A stretch of 32,000 nt of DNA from the NCBI RefSeq assembly GCF_019464535.1, contig NZ_CP080507.1, forward strand, positions 4,050,001 to 4,082,000. The letters run 5' to 3'. Numbering within the stretch: the first letter of the stretch is position 1; each line of letters opens with the position of its first letter. A program made the position numbers and the translations under genes. Source of the stretch: Horticoccus luteus (GTDB lineage Bacteria; Verrucomicrobiota; Verrucomicrobiia; Opitutales; Opitutaceae). Below the pieces are notes generated by a model. The model was not told the DNA's origin and ran no database searches. It saw nothing but the letters and a program-made list of their open reading frames with translations. Below are positions 7,510-16,808 of this stretch, one piece after another.

Positions 7510-8493
7510 ATGCCTTCGCCCGCTCGACGTTCCCCGCCCACGCCCCGTGCCGACGCGGAATTCCACCCCGCGCTCGCCGCGAAGGTCCGGCGCCTCGCCA
7601 ACCCGGTGGATCTATTCTCCGGCGCGAAACTCGAAAACATCCTGCTCGCGCAGAACGTCGTGCTGTTCAAACGCACCTCAGTCGCCGAGCTGAAACCACA
7701 GGGCGTCACGCACAACTATCATCACCGCTTCGAGCTGGTCATCCCGCTGCGGCAGCCAGGGCGCATCCACGTCGACGGCGCCGACTACGCCCTCGCGCCG
7801 GGGCACGCGTTCCTGATTTTTCCGCATCAATTTCATCACTACCTCGACCTCGCCGACGGCGCGCTCACGTGGCTCTTCATCACGTTCGAGCTCACGAATC
7901 CGGCGCTCGTGCAGCCGCTCCGCAACGCCCCGCGCGCATTGGGCGCCGCCGACGCCGCCGCGCTGGAAGAGCTCCTTGACGCCCAACTCGCCGCTGCGAC
8001 GGACGCCAACCGCGATTTTGAGGTCATCATCCGCGTCTCCTCGCTCCTTCAACGGCTCCTCGGCGCGCCGGTCGCGAGGGATGCCCGCAGCGGAGAACCG
8101 GCCAAGGCGAAGGTGCAGGGAGAGATTCTCCAATCGATCAACCGCTACGTCCGGGCGCATATCAATGAGCCACTGACGATTGCCGATTTGGCGAAACACA
8201 CGGGCTACTCGATCAGCCATTTGCGCGCCGTTTTCCGGCGGGAACTTGGCGTCAGCCTCGGCGGCTACATGCGAGACTCCCGGCTCTCACTGGGGACGTC
8301 GCTCCTCGCCGCGCCCGGCCGTGAGAGCATCGAGCGCATCGCGCAAGCGTGTGGCTTTGCGTCGATCTTTGCCTTCAGCCGCGCCTTCAAACGCGCGATG
8401 GGCGTTTCCCCGCGGGAATATCGCAAATCCCTCCCACCCGCGTCCGCCGCTGCGACTGCGTCCAAGTCGCCCGCCGCCCGGCGCCGGGCTTAG
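7510..8493 (+). CDS. AraC/XylS family transcriptional regulator
   Basis: 327 aa. The N-terminal region looks cupin-like (HHRFELVIPL, FLIFPHQFHHY). The C-terminal region has an HTH_AraC signature (TIADLAKHTGYSISHLRAVFRRELGVS, IAQACGFASIFAFSRAFKRAMGVSPREYR). Confidence 0.85.
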   Translation: MPSPARRSPPTPRADAEFHPALAAKVRRLANPVDLFSGAKLENILLAQNVVLFKRTSVAELKPQGVTHNYHHRFELVIPLRQPGRIHVDGADYALAPGHAFLIFPHQFHHYLDLADGALTWLFITFELTNPALVQPLRNAPRALGAADAAALEELLDAQLAAATDANRDFEVIIRVSSLLQRLLGAPVARDARSGEPAKAKVQGEILQSINRYVRAHINEPLTIADLAKHTGYSISHLRAVFRRELGVSLGGYMRDSRLSLGTSLLAAPGRESIERIAQACGFASIFAFSRAFKRAMGVSPREYRKSLPPASAAATASKSPAARRRA

Positions 8494-9554
8494 GTCTGCC
8501 GCAGCGCCTGGTCGCGGGTGACGGAAAAGTGCAACGGCTCCCCGCGCACGAAGCGGCCGAATTCCCCCACCATCGCCCAGCCCATCCGCCGACACTCATC
8601 ACCCACCGAGCCCGCGAGGTGCGGCGTGAGCAGCACGTTCGGCAAATCATACAGGGCACTCGCTGCCTCCGGCGGCTCCGGCACCGTCACATCGAGAATC
8701 GCCTGCACGTCGCTGCGGCGCTGCAGGAACTCGATCAACTCCGTCTCCCGCACCAGGCCCCCGCGCGCGGTGTTGATGAACGTCGCCCCAGGCTTCAGCC
8801 GCGCCAGCAACTCGCCGGTGATGAAGCCCGCTGTCTCCGCGTTCAGCGGACTGTGCAGCGAGACCACATCACTGCGCGCCATCAGGTCCGGCAACGCCAC
8901 CAATCTCACACCCAGTTCGGCCGCCTTTTCGGCCGGCAGGTAAGGGTCGTAGGCGAGCACCTCGACTTCGAGCGTGTGCAGTCGCTGCAGCACCTCGCGG
9001 CCGATCAAGCCCAGCGAGATCAGCCCGACGGTCGCACCGCGCGTGCCCCGCACACCGCCGAGGTCCCGGGGAAACGTCCGGGTTTGGCGGGTCTCGCGGT
9101 TGAGCCGCCAGACCTGTTTTAATGCGAGCACCACCATGCTCACGGTGTATTCGGCCACGGGCACCGCGTTCGCCGCCGCGGCATTGGTCAGAGTGATGCC
9201 CCGCTGCCAGAAGGCCTCGGACACGTAAGGCCGCACCGAACCGGCGCCGTGAAAAACGGCGCGCAACCGCGGCAGCCGCGCCAGCAATGCGGCGTCGAAT
9301 TGCGGGCTGCTCCAGCCGGTGAACGCCACATCGATGGCGGCGAGTGTCGCCGACGGCAGCACGGCGCACTCCGCCGGACCAACTGGCGCGGGCACGATGA
9401 GATCGCATTGGTCCGCGAGCGCCGCCCGACACTCCTCGCCATAAATCAGCTCATACATGTCGCGCGGCAGAAGAAAGGCCGCCCGCAACGCGGGAGCCGG
9501 GACCGGCGCCGCGGCGGGCCGGGGGGAAGAAGGGACAACGCCCGATGCGCTCAT
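8490..9554 (-). CDS. D-isomer-specific 2-hydroxyacid dehydrogenase family protein (NAD-binding)
   Basis: Motifs seen: VGLISLGLIGREV (GxGxxG), SDVVSLHSPLNAETAGFI, FINTARGGLV and LLTPHLAGS. The track start at 9647 would overlap the divergent LacI gene, so I used the in-frame ATG at 9554 (MSASGVV). The start is uncertain. Its stop overlaps the convergent AraC stop. Confidence 0.8.
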   Translation of the reverse strand: MSASGVVPSSPRPAAAPVPAPALRAAFLLPRDMYELIYGEECRAALADQCDLIVPAPVGPAECAVLPSATLAAIDVAFTGWSSPQFDAALLARLPRLRAVFHGAGSVRPYVSEAFWQRGITLTNAAAANAVPVAEYTVSMVVLALKQVWRLNRETRQTRTFPRDLGGVRGTRGATVGLISLGLIGREVLQRLHTLEVEVLAYDPYLPAEKAAELGVRLVALPDLMARSDVVSLHSPLNAETAGFITGELLARLKPGATFINTARGGLVRETELIEFLQRRSDVQAILDVTVPEPPEAASALYDLPNVLLTPHLAGSVGDECRRMGWAMVGEFGRFVRGEPLHFSVTRDQALRQT

Positions 9555-9618
9555 GCGGCCACCGTGCTGGCGCCGAATTGCCCTGACAACGGGGCGGCTA
9601 TTAACACCGTTGAGTGCC

Positions 9619-10668
9619 ATGACAGGCCGGCCCATCATGGAGGACATTGCCCGCGCGGCCGGTTACTCGCGCGCCGCCGTCTCGCTCGCGCTGCGCGGCC
9701 ATCCTTCGATTCCGGAATCCACACGGCGCAAGATCGCGGCCATTGCGGAGCAGCTGGGTTACCGCGCAAACCCGCTTGTTTCCGCGCTGATGAGTTTGCA
9801 ACGCCAGCGCCGGTCGATGGGCGGCGCGACGACGATTGCCTATCTGACCTCGCATCCGCGCAGCGATCCCTGGCGGCAACGCAGTTATTACGTAAGCATG
9901 TTTCGCGGCGCAGCGACGCGGCTGGAGGAGATCGGCTGCCGGCTGGAAGAATTCAGCCTGCAAGGGGAAGGCATGACGCCGGCCCGCCTGCTGCAAATCC
10001 TCCGCACCCGAAACATCCACGGCGTGATCGTCGCGCCGCTGCCCTACGGCGAAACGCATGTGGCGCTCGACTTCTCGGGCCTGGCCGTCGTCGGACTCGG
10101 CATGAGCGTGCACACGCCGAAGATCGAGTGCGTGGCCAACGATCATTTTCAATCGTCGGCGCTGGCCGTGGAGCGCTGCGTCGCCCTCGGCTACCGCCGC
10201 ATCGGCTTTGTGCTCAGTCAGGAAAGCTCCCGCCGCCTCGATCATCGGTGGCTCGGTGGCTATCGTTTCGCCGTGGAGCAATTCGGTCCCGGCACCCGCC
10301 TGCCGCCCCTCATGACCGAGCGCCAGAGCGAACTGCGCGCGGCGTTGCCCGGCTGGCTGCGTGCGCACCGGCCCGACGTGGTGATCCTCGGCAACGCCGA
10401 GGCGGAGTTGCAGGAAAAAATCCCCACGACCGTCGGGCTCGTCTCCCTCGGCGTCGATCGGGCTGACAGCGCGACCAGTGGTATTTTTCAGGATTACGAG
10501 TTGCTGGGACGCGTCGCCGGCGAGCACGCCCTCGCGAAACTTCACACCAACAGTTTCGGCACGCTCGGCGAAGCGCACCTCCATCTTGTCGCCGGCACGT
10601 GGGTGGCCGGGCGCACGACACCCGGGCCGCGCCGGCGCCGCGCGCCCGCTGGCGCGACGCTTACTTAA
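9619..10668 (+). CDS. LacI family transcriptional regulator
   Basis: Track ORF 9457-10668 trimmed to the ATG at 9619; 9637 is also possible. MTGRPIMEDIARAAGYSRAAVSLALRGHPSIPESTRRKIAAIAEQLGYRANPLVSAL is a typical LacI HTH. It is followed by a periplasmic-binding-protein-like sugar-binding core. Confidence 0.85.
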   Translation: MTGRPIMEDIARAAGYSRAAVSLALRGHPSIPESTRRKIAAIAEQLGYRANPLVSALMSLQRQRRSMGGATTIAYLTSHPRSDPWRQRSYYVSMFRGAATRLEEIGCRLEEFSLQGEGMTPARLLQILRTRNIHGVIVAPLPYGETHVALDFSGLAVVGLGMSVHTPKIECVANDHFQSSALAVERCVALGYRRIGFVLSQESSRRLDHRWLGGYRFAVEQFGPGTRLPPLMTERQSELRAALPGWLRAHRPDVVILGNAEAELQEKIPTTVGLVSLGVDRADSATSGIFQDYELLGRVAGEHALAKLHTNSFGTLGEAHLHLVAGTWVAGRTTPGPRRRRAPAGATLT

Positions 10669-10730
10669 CGGCGTAAACGGCGACCTCCTTGGCGGCCTCC
10701 CGCCAGACGGTAAACCGACTGCACAGCTCA

Positions 10731-10747
10731 GCGTGAAAGGTTCACGC
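10731..10747. promoter_or_regulatory. 17-bp palindrome GCGTGAA-AGG-TTCACGC, 18 nt upstream of the receptor ATG. Candidate LacI-type operator or leader hairpin.
   Basis: The 7-bp arms are perfect reverse complements, read directly. The palindrome lies between the lacI-family gene and the TonB-dependent receptor. Confidence 0.35.
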
Positions 10748-10765
10748 GCGGCCAATCCCAACCCC

Positions 10766-13441
10766 ATGAATACACGCCCCGCCCGCCTGACCGCCCACCT
10801 CCGACCCTTTGTCACTGCGCTTGCCGCCCTCGCTCTCCCGTTCGCCGCGACGATGCAGGCGCAGCCGAAGGATGCCTCGGCGGTCGCGGCGGAGGATCCG
10901 CTGCAACTCTCCGCCTTCACCGTCACCAGCCAGCACGATACCGGTTATGAATCGATGCAAACGACCTCCGGTCTGCGCACCGTGCAGGAGCTCAAGAACG
11001 TCGCGAACTCCATCTCCATCCTCAATCCCGAGATGATCCAGGACATCGGCGCGCTCACGATCGAGGACATGACCAAGTGGGCCGTGACGGGTGAAGCCAA
11101 CCCCGATCCGACCGTCGTCTCCGGTTCGAGCCGACTGATTTTTCGCGGCATCCAGAACAACTACGCGCTGCGCAACGGCTGGATCTGGTATTCTCCGATC
11201 GATACCTACAGCACGGAGCGGATGGAATTGTTGCGCGGGCCCAACGCCTTCCTCTACGGCGAGGCCGATCTGGGTGGCGCGCAGAACCAGATCACCAAGC
11301 GCGGCCTTTTCACGAAGGATTTCACCAAGATCAAACTCACCGGCGGCAGCTACGATCTGCGCCGCGCCGAACTCGACTTGAACCGCCGCGTCAACGACCA
11401 GCTCGCCGTCCGCTTCGCGGCCGTCGAGTCTGACAACCACACGTGGTGGGATCACGGTCATCGCGACTTCCGCGGTCTGTACGGCGCCGTCACCTACCGC
11501 CCTTTCCGCCAGACCACGATCAGCGTGATTGGAGAATACGCCAAGAGCACCGAGATCCGCTCCCAAGGTCTTTTCTCCGACAATTTTTCCTACACCACGC
11601 CCACCCCGAGCAAATACAACAACGCCAGCGGCGTCGTCTACCTGCCCGTCAACGGCGCCAGCTACCGGCTCAACGGCCGCTCCCGCAGCTCGGGCCCGAA
11701 CGTCGCCATCGCGGATCCGACGATCGTGCCGCGCGAATACCAGTTCAACGGCCCCAGCGCCTCCAACATCTCCAACCAGAAATCGCTCACGGTGGAAGTG
11801 GAGCAGACCATCGGCGAAAACCTTCATCTCCAGCTCTCCGCCAACGCGTATCATTCCAGCGGCGGCATCTGGGGCGCCACCACCCGCGGCATCACGCGCG
11901 ACCTCAATCCCACCCTGCCCGGCGGCGCGCCGAATCCCTATTACAATGAACTCTACACCGAATATCAGCGCACCCATCAGGTGATCGGCAACGTCGTCCG
12001 CGACATCCGCCTCTCCGCCGTCTACGATCTCAAGTTGAACTGGATGCAGCAGCAGTTCGTCGTGAATGCCCAGCAGCACGAGGACAACCCCGGCCAGAAA
12101 TATCCGAAGATGGCCGAGTTCGTCGCCCCGGGCACCGCCAATTTTCTCGGCGCGGTGAACTCCGATGCCACCGTGGCGGCGTTCAACGCCAATCGCACCG
12201 TTTTCGCCAACAACAAATTCATCCGCCGCTACTACTTGAAAGACGGCGATGGCGGTAACCTCACCGGCAGCATCAACCCTGTCGCCGGCGTTTCCGACTA
12301 CTATCCCGACATCGGCTCCGGCGCGTCCGGCTCCGTCGGCGCCACGGGCGCGATCATCGACCGCCACTTCACGACGCCATCCGTCGGCATCGGCGCCGCC
12401 GGCACGTATTTCAACGGCCATCTGCACACGCTCATCGGTTACCGGCGCGACGAGTTCAAGATGAAGACCACGTCCGGCATTCCCCGCCCTCTCGCCAACA
12501 CGTGGATCGTCGACACCATCCCCGGCGGTTTTTCCGACCCGCAGTACGTGAATTACAAATTCGACGGCACCAACTACGGCGGCGTCCTCCGCATCAACGA
12601 CATGCTGGCCTTCACCTACAACTACGCGCGCTCCTACCGCCTCTCGCTCGGCGAAGGCAAAACGGGCTATCAAGTCGGCACCGTGCAGGGCATTCCGTTC
12701 GGCGAAGGCCAGGATATCGGCGTTCGCTTCTCCTTCTTCGGCGGCAAACTCGAGCTGAACGCCACCTACTACGACAACTATCAGCCCAACGCGCGCAACA
12801 ACGCTCTCGGCTCCGCGCAACAGAATGTGAAGAATGAGCTCACCGCCCTCTTCCCCACCACCTTCGATGTGAATGGCGGTGACATCGAAAAAGTCACCAC
12901 CTCCGGCGTCGAGGTGGAAGCGGTGGCCAACCTCACCCGCAACTGGCGGCTGCTGTTCAATCTCGCCACCAACGAAATCAAAACCGCCGACCGGCTTCCG
13001 CAGCTCAAGAGCTTCCAGCAACAGGCCAAGGCCCTGAACCAGCCAACGCCACAACTCGACGCCTACCTGCTCACCATGCCCGAGGGCGTGCCGACCGCTG
13101 GCTATACCAAAACCCGCGCCAACCTTTTCACCCGTTACGATATCAAAGACGGTGCGCTCAAGGGCCTCTATTTCGGCGGCGGCGCCAACTGGCGGGGACC
13201 GACGTTCCGTGGCAACGCCGACGTCAATCAGGACGGCATCGCGGAGGCACTGTGGTCGCCCAGCTACACGCTCGTAAGCCTGCTCGTCGGCTATCAGACC
13301 AAACTCTGGGAGCACCGCACCGTCTTCGCGCTCAACGTCGACAACGTCTTCGATAAAGACTACTACCGCTCTGCCGCCATCGGTTCCGGCTCCTGGGGCG
13401 ATCCCCGGTCCTTCAAACTCTCCGCGATGGTGGAGTTTTAA
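10766..13441 (+). CDS. TonB-dependent outer-membrane receptor
   Basis: Track ORF 10478-13441 trimmed to the ATG at 10766. It has a signal peptide (MNTRPARLTAHLRPFVTALAALALPFAATMQA). The plug region shows LSAFTVTS, TSGLRTVQELKNVANSISILNPEMIQDIG and MELLRGPNAFLYG. A long beta-rich barrel ends in the terminal aromatic residue of SFKLSAMVEF. Confidence 0.85.
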   Translation: MNTRPARLTAHLRPFVTALAALALPFAATMQAQPKDASAVAAEDPLQLSAFTVTSQHDTGYESMQTTSGLRTVQELKNVANSISILNPEMIQDIGALTIEDMTKWAVTGEANPDPTVVSGSSRLIFRGIQNNYALRNGWIWYSPIDTYSTERMELLRGPNAFLYGEADLGGAQNQITKRGLFTKDFTKIKLTGGSYDLRRAELDLNRRVNDQLAVRFAAVESDNHTWWDHGHRDFRGLYGAVTYRPFRQTTISVIGEYAKSTEIRSQGLFSDNFSYTTPTPSKYNNASGVVYLPVNGASYRLNGRSRSSGPNVAIADPTIVPREYQFNGPSASNISNQKSLTVEVEQTIGENLHLQLSANAYHSSGGIWGATTRGITRDLNPTLPGGAPNPYYNELYTEYQRTHQVIGNVVRDIRLSAVYDLKLNWMQQQFVVNAQQHEDNPGQKYPKMAEFVAPGTANFLGAVNSDATVAAFNANRTVFANNKFIRRYYLKDGDGGNLTGSINPVAGVSDYYPDIGSGASGSVGATGAIIDRHFTTPSVGIGAAGTYFNGHLHTLIGYRRDEFKMKTTSGIPRPLANTWIVDTIPGGFSDPQYVNYKFDGTNYGGVLRINDMLAFTYNYARSYRLSLGEGKTGYQVGTVQGIPFGEGQDIGVRFSFFGGKLELNATYYDNYQPNARNNALGSAQQNVKNELTALFPTTFDVNGGDIEKVTTSGVEVEAVANLTRNWRLLFNLATNEIKTADRLPQLKSFQQQAKALNQPTPQLDAYLLTMPEGVPTAGYTKTRANLFTRYDIKDGALKGLYFGGGANWRGPTFRGNADVNQDGIAEALWSPSYTLVSLLVGYQTKLWEHRTVFALNVDNVFDKDYYRSAAIGSGSWGDPRSFKLSAMVEF

Positions 13442-13471
13442 GCGACGTTCGTTGGCCAATCCTGTTTCCTG

Positions 13472-15007
13472 ATGCCGACCACCATGGGCCGTCGCCGTTT
13501 CCTGCAAAACCTCGGCACCGGCGCCGCCGCGGCGCTGCTCACCCGCCCGGTGTCGGCGACCGCGCGCGAGGCGGCGCCCCATCCTGACGCTCCGCGCATC
13601 AAGAACGTCCTGGTGCTGTTCTCCGACCAGCACCGCGCGGACTGCCTCGGCTGCTATGGCAACCCGATCGTGCAAACGCCGCATCTCGACCGGCTCGCCC
13701 GCGACGGCATCCGGTTCACCCAAGCCTTCACGCCCACGGCCACCTGCACACCCGCGCGCACGTCGTTGCTGACCGGAGTCTGGGCGCACCAACACCGGCT
13801 GCAGCACGTCACCGCCTACGCTCCGTTTGCGGGCGGCCAGACCGCGTTCGATCCCGCACGCTGGCCGATGTACGCCAACACCCTGCGCGAGAAAAATTTT
13901 CACCGCGCGCAGATCGGCAAATGGCACATTGGCAGCACGACCACGCCGGCGGACTGCGGTTTTGAAGGCATCCACTACCCCGGCTACGGCTATCCCAGCC
14001 ACCATCCGCATTACCTCGCGTACCTCCGCCGCCTCGGCGTCGACGGTTACCAGCTCAGCGAGATCAAACAAAAGCGGTTCGAATACTCGGGCCTCCAGGC
14101 CGGACCGGACGAGGCCGGCGAAGCCGCCTACCTCGCCGCGCAGACTGTCGAGAAAATCGGCGCCTACGCGCAATCGGACCGGCCGTTCTTCATCAGTTGC
14201 AACTTCTGGGGGCCGCACGCGCCGCACATGCTCACGGAAAAATATTTCCGCATGTACAATCCGGCGCAGATTCCGCCGTGGAAAAACTTCCGCTGCGCGC
14301 TCGACGACAAGCCGGAGATGTATCGGCGTTACGGCCAGTATTGGGGCACGGAGGATTTTACCGCGGCGACACTCTCCGGACTGCTCGCGACCTATTACGG
14401 CTACATCACCGCCGTCGACGATGCCGTCGGCCGCATCCTCGCCGCCCTCGAACAAAGCGGAAAGCTCGACGAGACGCTGATCGTTTACACCACCGATCAC
14501 GGTTCCACCGAAGGCTCCTATGGAATGTGGGACAAAGGCTTTGGCATGTTCGACTGCACGCAGCGCATCCCCTTCATCCTCTCACATGCCAGTCTGCGCG
14601 GGCGTCGCCTCGTGTCCGACGAATTCGTGAGCCTGCTCGATCTCGCGCCCACGTTCATCGACTGCGCCGGCGGCACCGTGCCCTCGACCATGGTGGGGAA
14701 ATCCCTCCTGCCGCTGGTGCGCAATCCCGCCGCGCCACGCGAGCGCGACCACATCATTTGCGAAAGCTTCGGGCACCAGCAGACCTTCTGGCAACGGATG
14801 GTCCGCACGGATACGGCCAAATACATCTACAACCCCACCTCGATCGACGAGTTCTACAATCTCGCCGACGATCCGGATGAAACCGTCAATCTGATCGGAC
14901 GCGTGGACCGCGCGACGCTCACCCCATTCAAGGACCGTCTCGAGGCGTGGATGCGCCAGACGGAAGATCCGCTTCTCGAGTGGTCCGGTTCGACCCTGCG
15001 CGGGTGA
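13472..15007 (+). CDS. Sulfatase (Cys-type, formylglycine-dependent) with a Tat signal
   Basis: MPTTMGRRRFLQNLGTGAAAALLTRPVSATA is a twin-arginine signal. NVLVLFSDQHRAD and TCTPARTSLLTG (CxPxR formylglycine motif) match the sulfatase N-terminal domain. Confidence 0.9.
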   Translation: MPTTMGRRRFLQNLGTGAAAALLTRPVSATAREAAPHPDAPRIKNVLVLFSDQHRADCLGCYGNPIVQTPHLDRLARDGIRFTQAFTPTATCTPARTSLLTGVWAHQHRLQHVTAYAPFAGGQTAFDPARWPMYANTLREKNFHRAQIGKWHIGSTTTPADCGFEGIHYPGYGYPSHHPHYLAYLRRLGVDGYQLSEIKQKRFEYSGLQAGPDEAGEAAYLAAQTVEKIGAYAQSDRPFFISCNFWGPHAPHMLTEKYFRMYNPAQIPPWKNFRCALDDKPEMYRRYGQYWGTEDFTAATLSGLLATYYGYITAVDDAVGRILAALEQSGKLDETLIVYTTDHGSTEGSYGMWDKGFGMFDCTQRIPFILSHASLRGRRLVSDEFVSLLDLAPTFIDCAGGTVPSTMVGKSLLPLVRNPAAPRERDHIICESFGHQQTFWQRMVRTDTAKYIYNPTSIDEFYNLADDPDETVNLIGRVDRATLTPFKDRLEAWMRQTEDPLLEWSGSTLRG

Positions 15008-15237
15008 CGCCGTCGCGGCGCCGGCCGGCCGAGCCTGTTCGTGCGCGGCGCAAATTTGGCGCGGCGCAAGGCGACCCCGCAGCTGTTTTGCTACCACACG
15101 CCATGGGCTTTTCGCGCCCGCACTTCACTCCGCCGCGCGACGATTGTCGCTTGCGTGAGATTCATTGCGTTCCGGGACGGCGGCGCCGCTGACCCCGCGC
15201 GTTTGCCTTGCTCGGCTCTCGCACTCAGATCGCGCAA

Positions 15238-16608
15238 TCAAATTGTCCGGGAATGCCGGCCGGTCCCCTCCGTCCGGTAAGCGTCGAAGCAAGTCGCGAT
15301 GTTGCGTAAAAACAGGCGCCCGCGCTCCGTCACGACCAAACCCTCGGCCGATGTGACCACCATGCCGTCGTCAACGAGCGGACGCAGGCGGGCGATTTCC
15401 GCGGCATACTGCGTCACAAAGTCGTCTCCAAACTCCCGCGCGAGCGCGCCATAATCGAGCGCCAGATGGCACATGAGGCGCATGATAATCTCGCGCCGCC
15501 GCCGGTCGTCTTCAGTCAACTCACGCCCTCGCGCGATCGGAAGCGCGCCGCGATCGAGGGCGGCGTAATAGCCGGTGAGCGTCTTGTGATTTTGCCGGTA
15601 GCTGTAAGGCGTCTGCGAAATGGCGGACATGCCAAACGCGAGAATCTCGGCGCCGGCGCGGGTGCTGTAGCCTTGGAAATTGCGCTGCAGCGTGCGAGCC
15701 CGTTGGGCGACGGCGAGTTCATCGGTGTGCTTCGCGAAGTGATCCATCCCGATGTAGTCGTAACCGCGGCTGGTCAGCGTTTCGGTGATGAGCTTGAGCA
15801 TCGCGAGCTTGGTCTCGGGCGTCGGGAGCGCGGATTCGCGTTCCAGAATTTTTTGCGCGGGCTTCATCCACGGCACGTGGGCGTAACTGAAAACAGCGAG
15901 GCGGTCGGGCTCGAGTTCGAGCACTTGTTCGAGGGTATCGCGAAACGTGTCCACCGTCTGGTAAGGCAGGCCGTAGATGAGATCGAGATTGAGAGAGGTG
16001 AAGCCCTCGGTGCGCAGCCACGCGATGGTTTGCTCCGTCAACGCGCGCGGCTGGATGCGGTGAACCGCCTCCTGCACCTTCGGATTGAAGTCCTGCACGC
16101 CGAGCGAGGCGCGCGTGAAGCCGCTCGCTCGCAACGCGACGACTTGAGCGTGCGAAAGGCGGCGCGGATCCACCTCCACGCTGAGTTCGGCCTGCGGCGC
16201 GAACTTGAAATGCCGGCGCGTCAGCGCATCGAGGCGTTTGAGTTCATGGGGTTGAAAGAACGTGGGTGTGCCGCCGCCATAGTGAAGTTGCGTGACGAGG
16301 CGATCGGGGTGAACGCGGGGCGCGAGGAGGCCGACTTCCTTTTCCAAATAGTCGAGATACGCATCGGAGCTTTTGTGGTTGAGCGTGATGACGGTGGTGC
16401 AGCCGCAGAACCAGCAGAGCGTTTCGCAAAACGGCAGATGATAATAAAGCGAGAGCGGCAGCGAGGCGTCGCGGTTCGAGCGCTCAACATGCTCCAAGAG
16501 TGGCTGCGGATCGCTGTAATCCCGAAACTCCGTCGCGCTCGGGTAAGAGGTGTAGCGCGGTGCGGAGATGTCGTATTTGCGAACGAGATCGAGATCGACG
16601 GTTATCAT
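15238..16608 (-). CDS. hemN: Oxygen-independent coproporphyrinogen III oxidase (radical SAM)
   Basis: Track ORF 15238-16683 trimmed to the ATG at 16608. MITVDLDLVRKYDISAPRYTSYPSATEF parallels the E. coli HemN N-terminus. LSLYYHLPFCETLCWFCGC is the CxxxCxxC radical-SAM cluster motif. The resulting length of 456 aa is typical. An alternative start is at 16623. Confidence 0.9.
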   Translation of the reverse strand: MITVDLDLVRKYDISAPRYTSYPSATEFRDYSDPQPLLEHVERSNRDASLPLSLYYHLPFCETLCWFCGCTTVITLNHKSSDAYLDYLEKEVGLLAPRVHPDRLVTQLHYGGGTPTFFQPHELKRLDALTRRHFKFAPQAELSVEVDPRRLSHAQVVALRASGFTRASLGVQDFNPKVQEAVHRIQPRALTEQTIAWLRTEGFTSLNLDLIYGLPYQTVDTFRDTLEQVLELEPDRLAVFSYAHVPWMKPAQKILERESALPTPETKLAMLKLITETLTSRGYDYIGMDHFAKHTDELAVAQRARTLQRNFQGYSTRAGAEILAFGMSAISQTPYSYRQNHKTLTGYYAALDRGALPIARGRELTEDDRRRREIIMRLMCHLALDYGALAREFGDDFVTQYAAEIARLRPLVDDGMVVTSAEGLVVTERGRLFLRNIATCFDAYRTEGTGRHSRTI

Positions 16609-16719
16609 CGTGAACGAGCGCATGGGTGCCACCGCCACCAGCGACCATTCGTCACCGGCCGCGATCGTGGCGCGCCCAAGCACAGGCGCCGACTTTAACA
16701 GCCCCAGCCGTCCGCCGCT

Positions 16720-16733
16720 TTGATTTGGATCAA
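16720..16733. promoter_or_regulatory. FNR/CRP-family (Anr/Dnr/NnrR-type) binding site TTGAT-TTGG-ATCAA upstream of hemN
   Basis: Perfect match to the TTGAT-N4-ATCAA consensus, about 118 nt upstream of the hemN ATG. On the hemN strand the box is followed after exactly 22 nt by TAAAGT, which fits class II FNR promoter geometry. The same 15-mer recurs at 19433. Confidence 0.6.
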
Positions 16734-16808
16734 GTCAAGGAGCCGATCAAACGGCCGGCTGCGGAGACCGACGCGGGCCCGACCACTGGGGCGACGTTGA
16801 GACTGCGT

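Noticed and set aside
10742-14500. 1252-aa minus-strand ORF, the longest in the track
   Set aside because: It lies antisense to two well-supported plus-strand genes, the TonB-dependent receptor and the sulfatase. The translation is Gly/Arg/Ala/Val-rich with no recognisable motifs. It is a typical stop-free antisense frame in high-GC DNA.
15043-15069. Direct repeat GCGCGGCGCAA x2 and the near-palindrome GCGCAAATTTGGCGC in the sulfatase-hemN convergent spacer
   Set aside because: These are short, GC-rich and imperfect. Such repeats are expected by chance in this composition, and no stable terminator-like hairpin or coding potential is evident.
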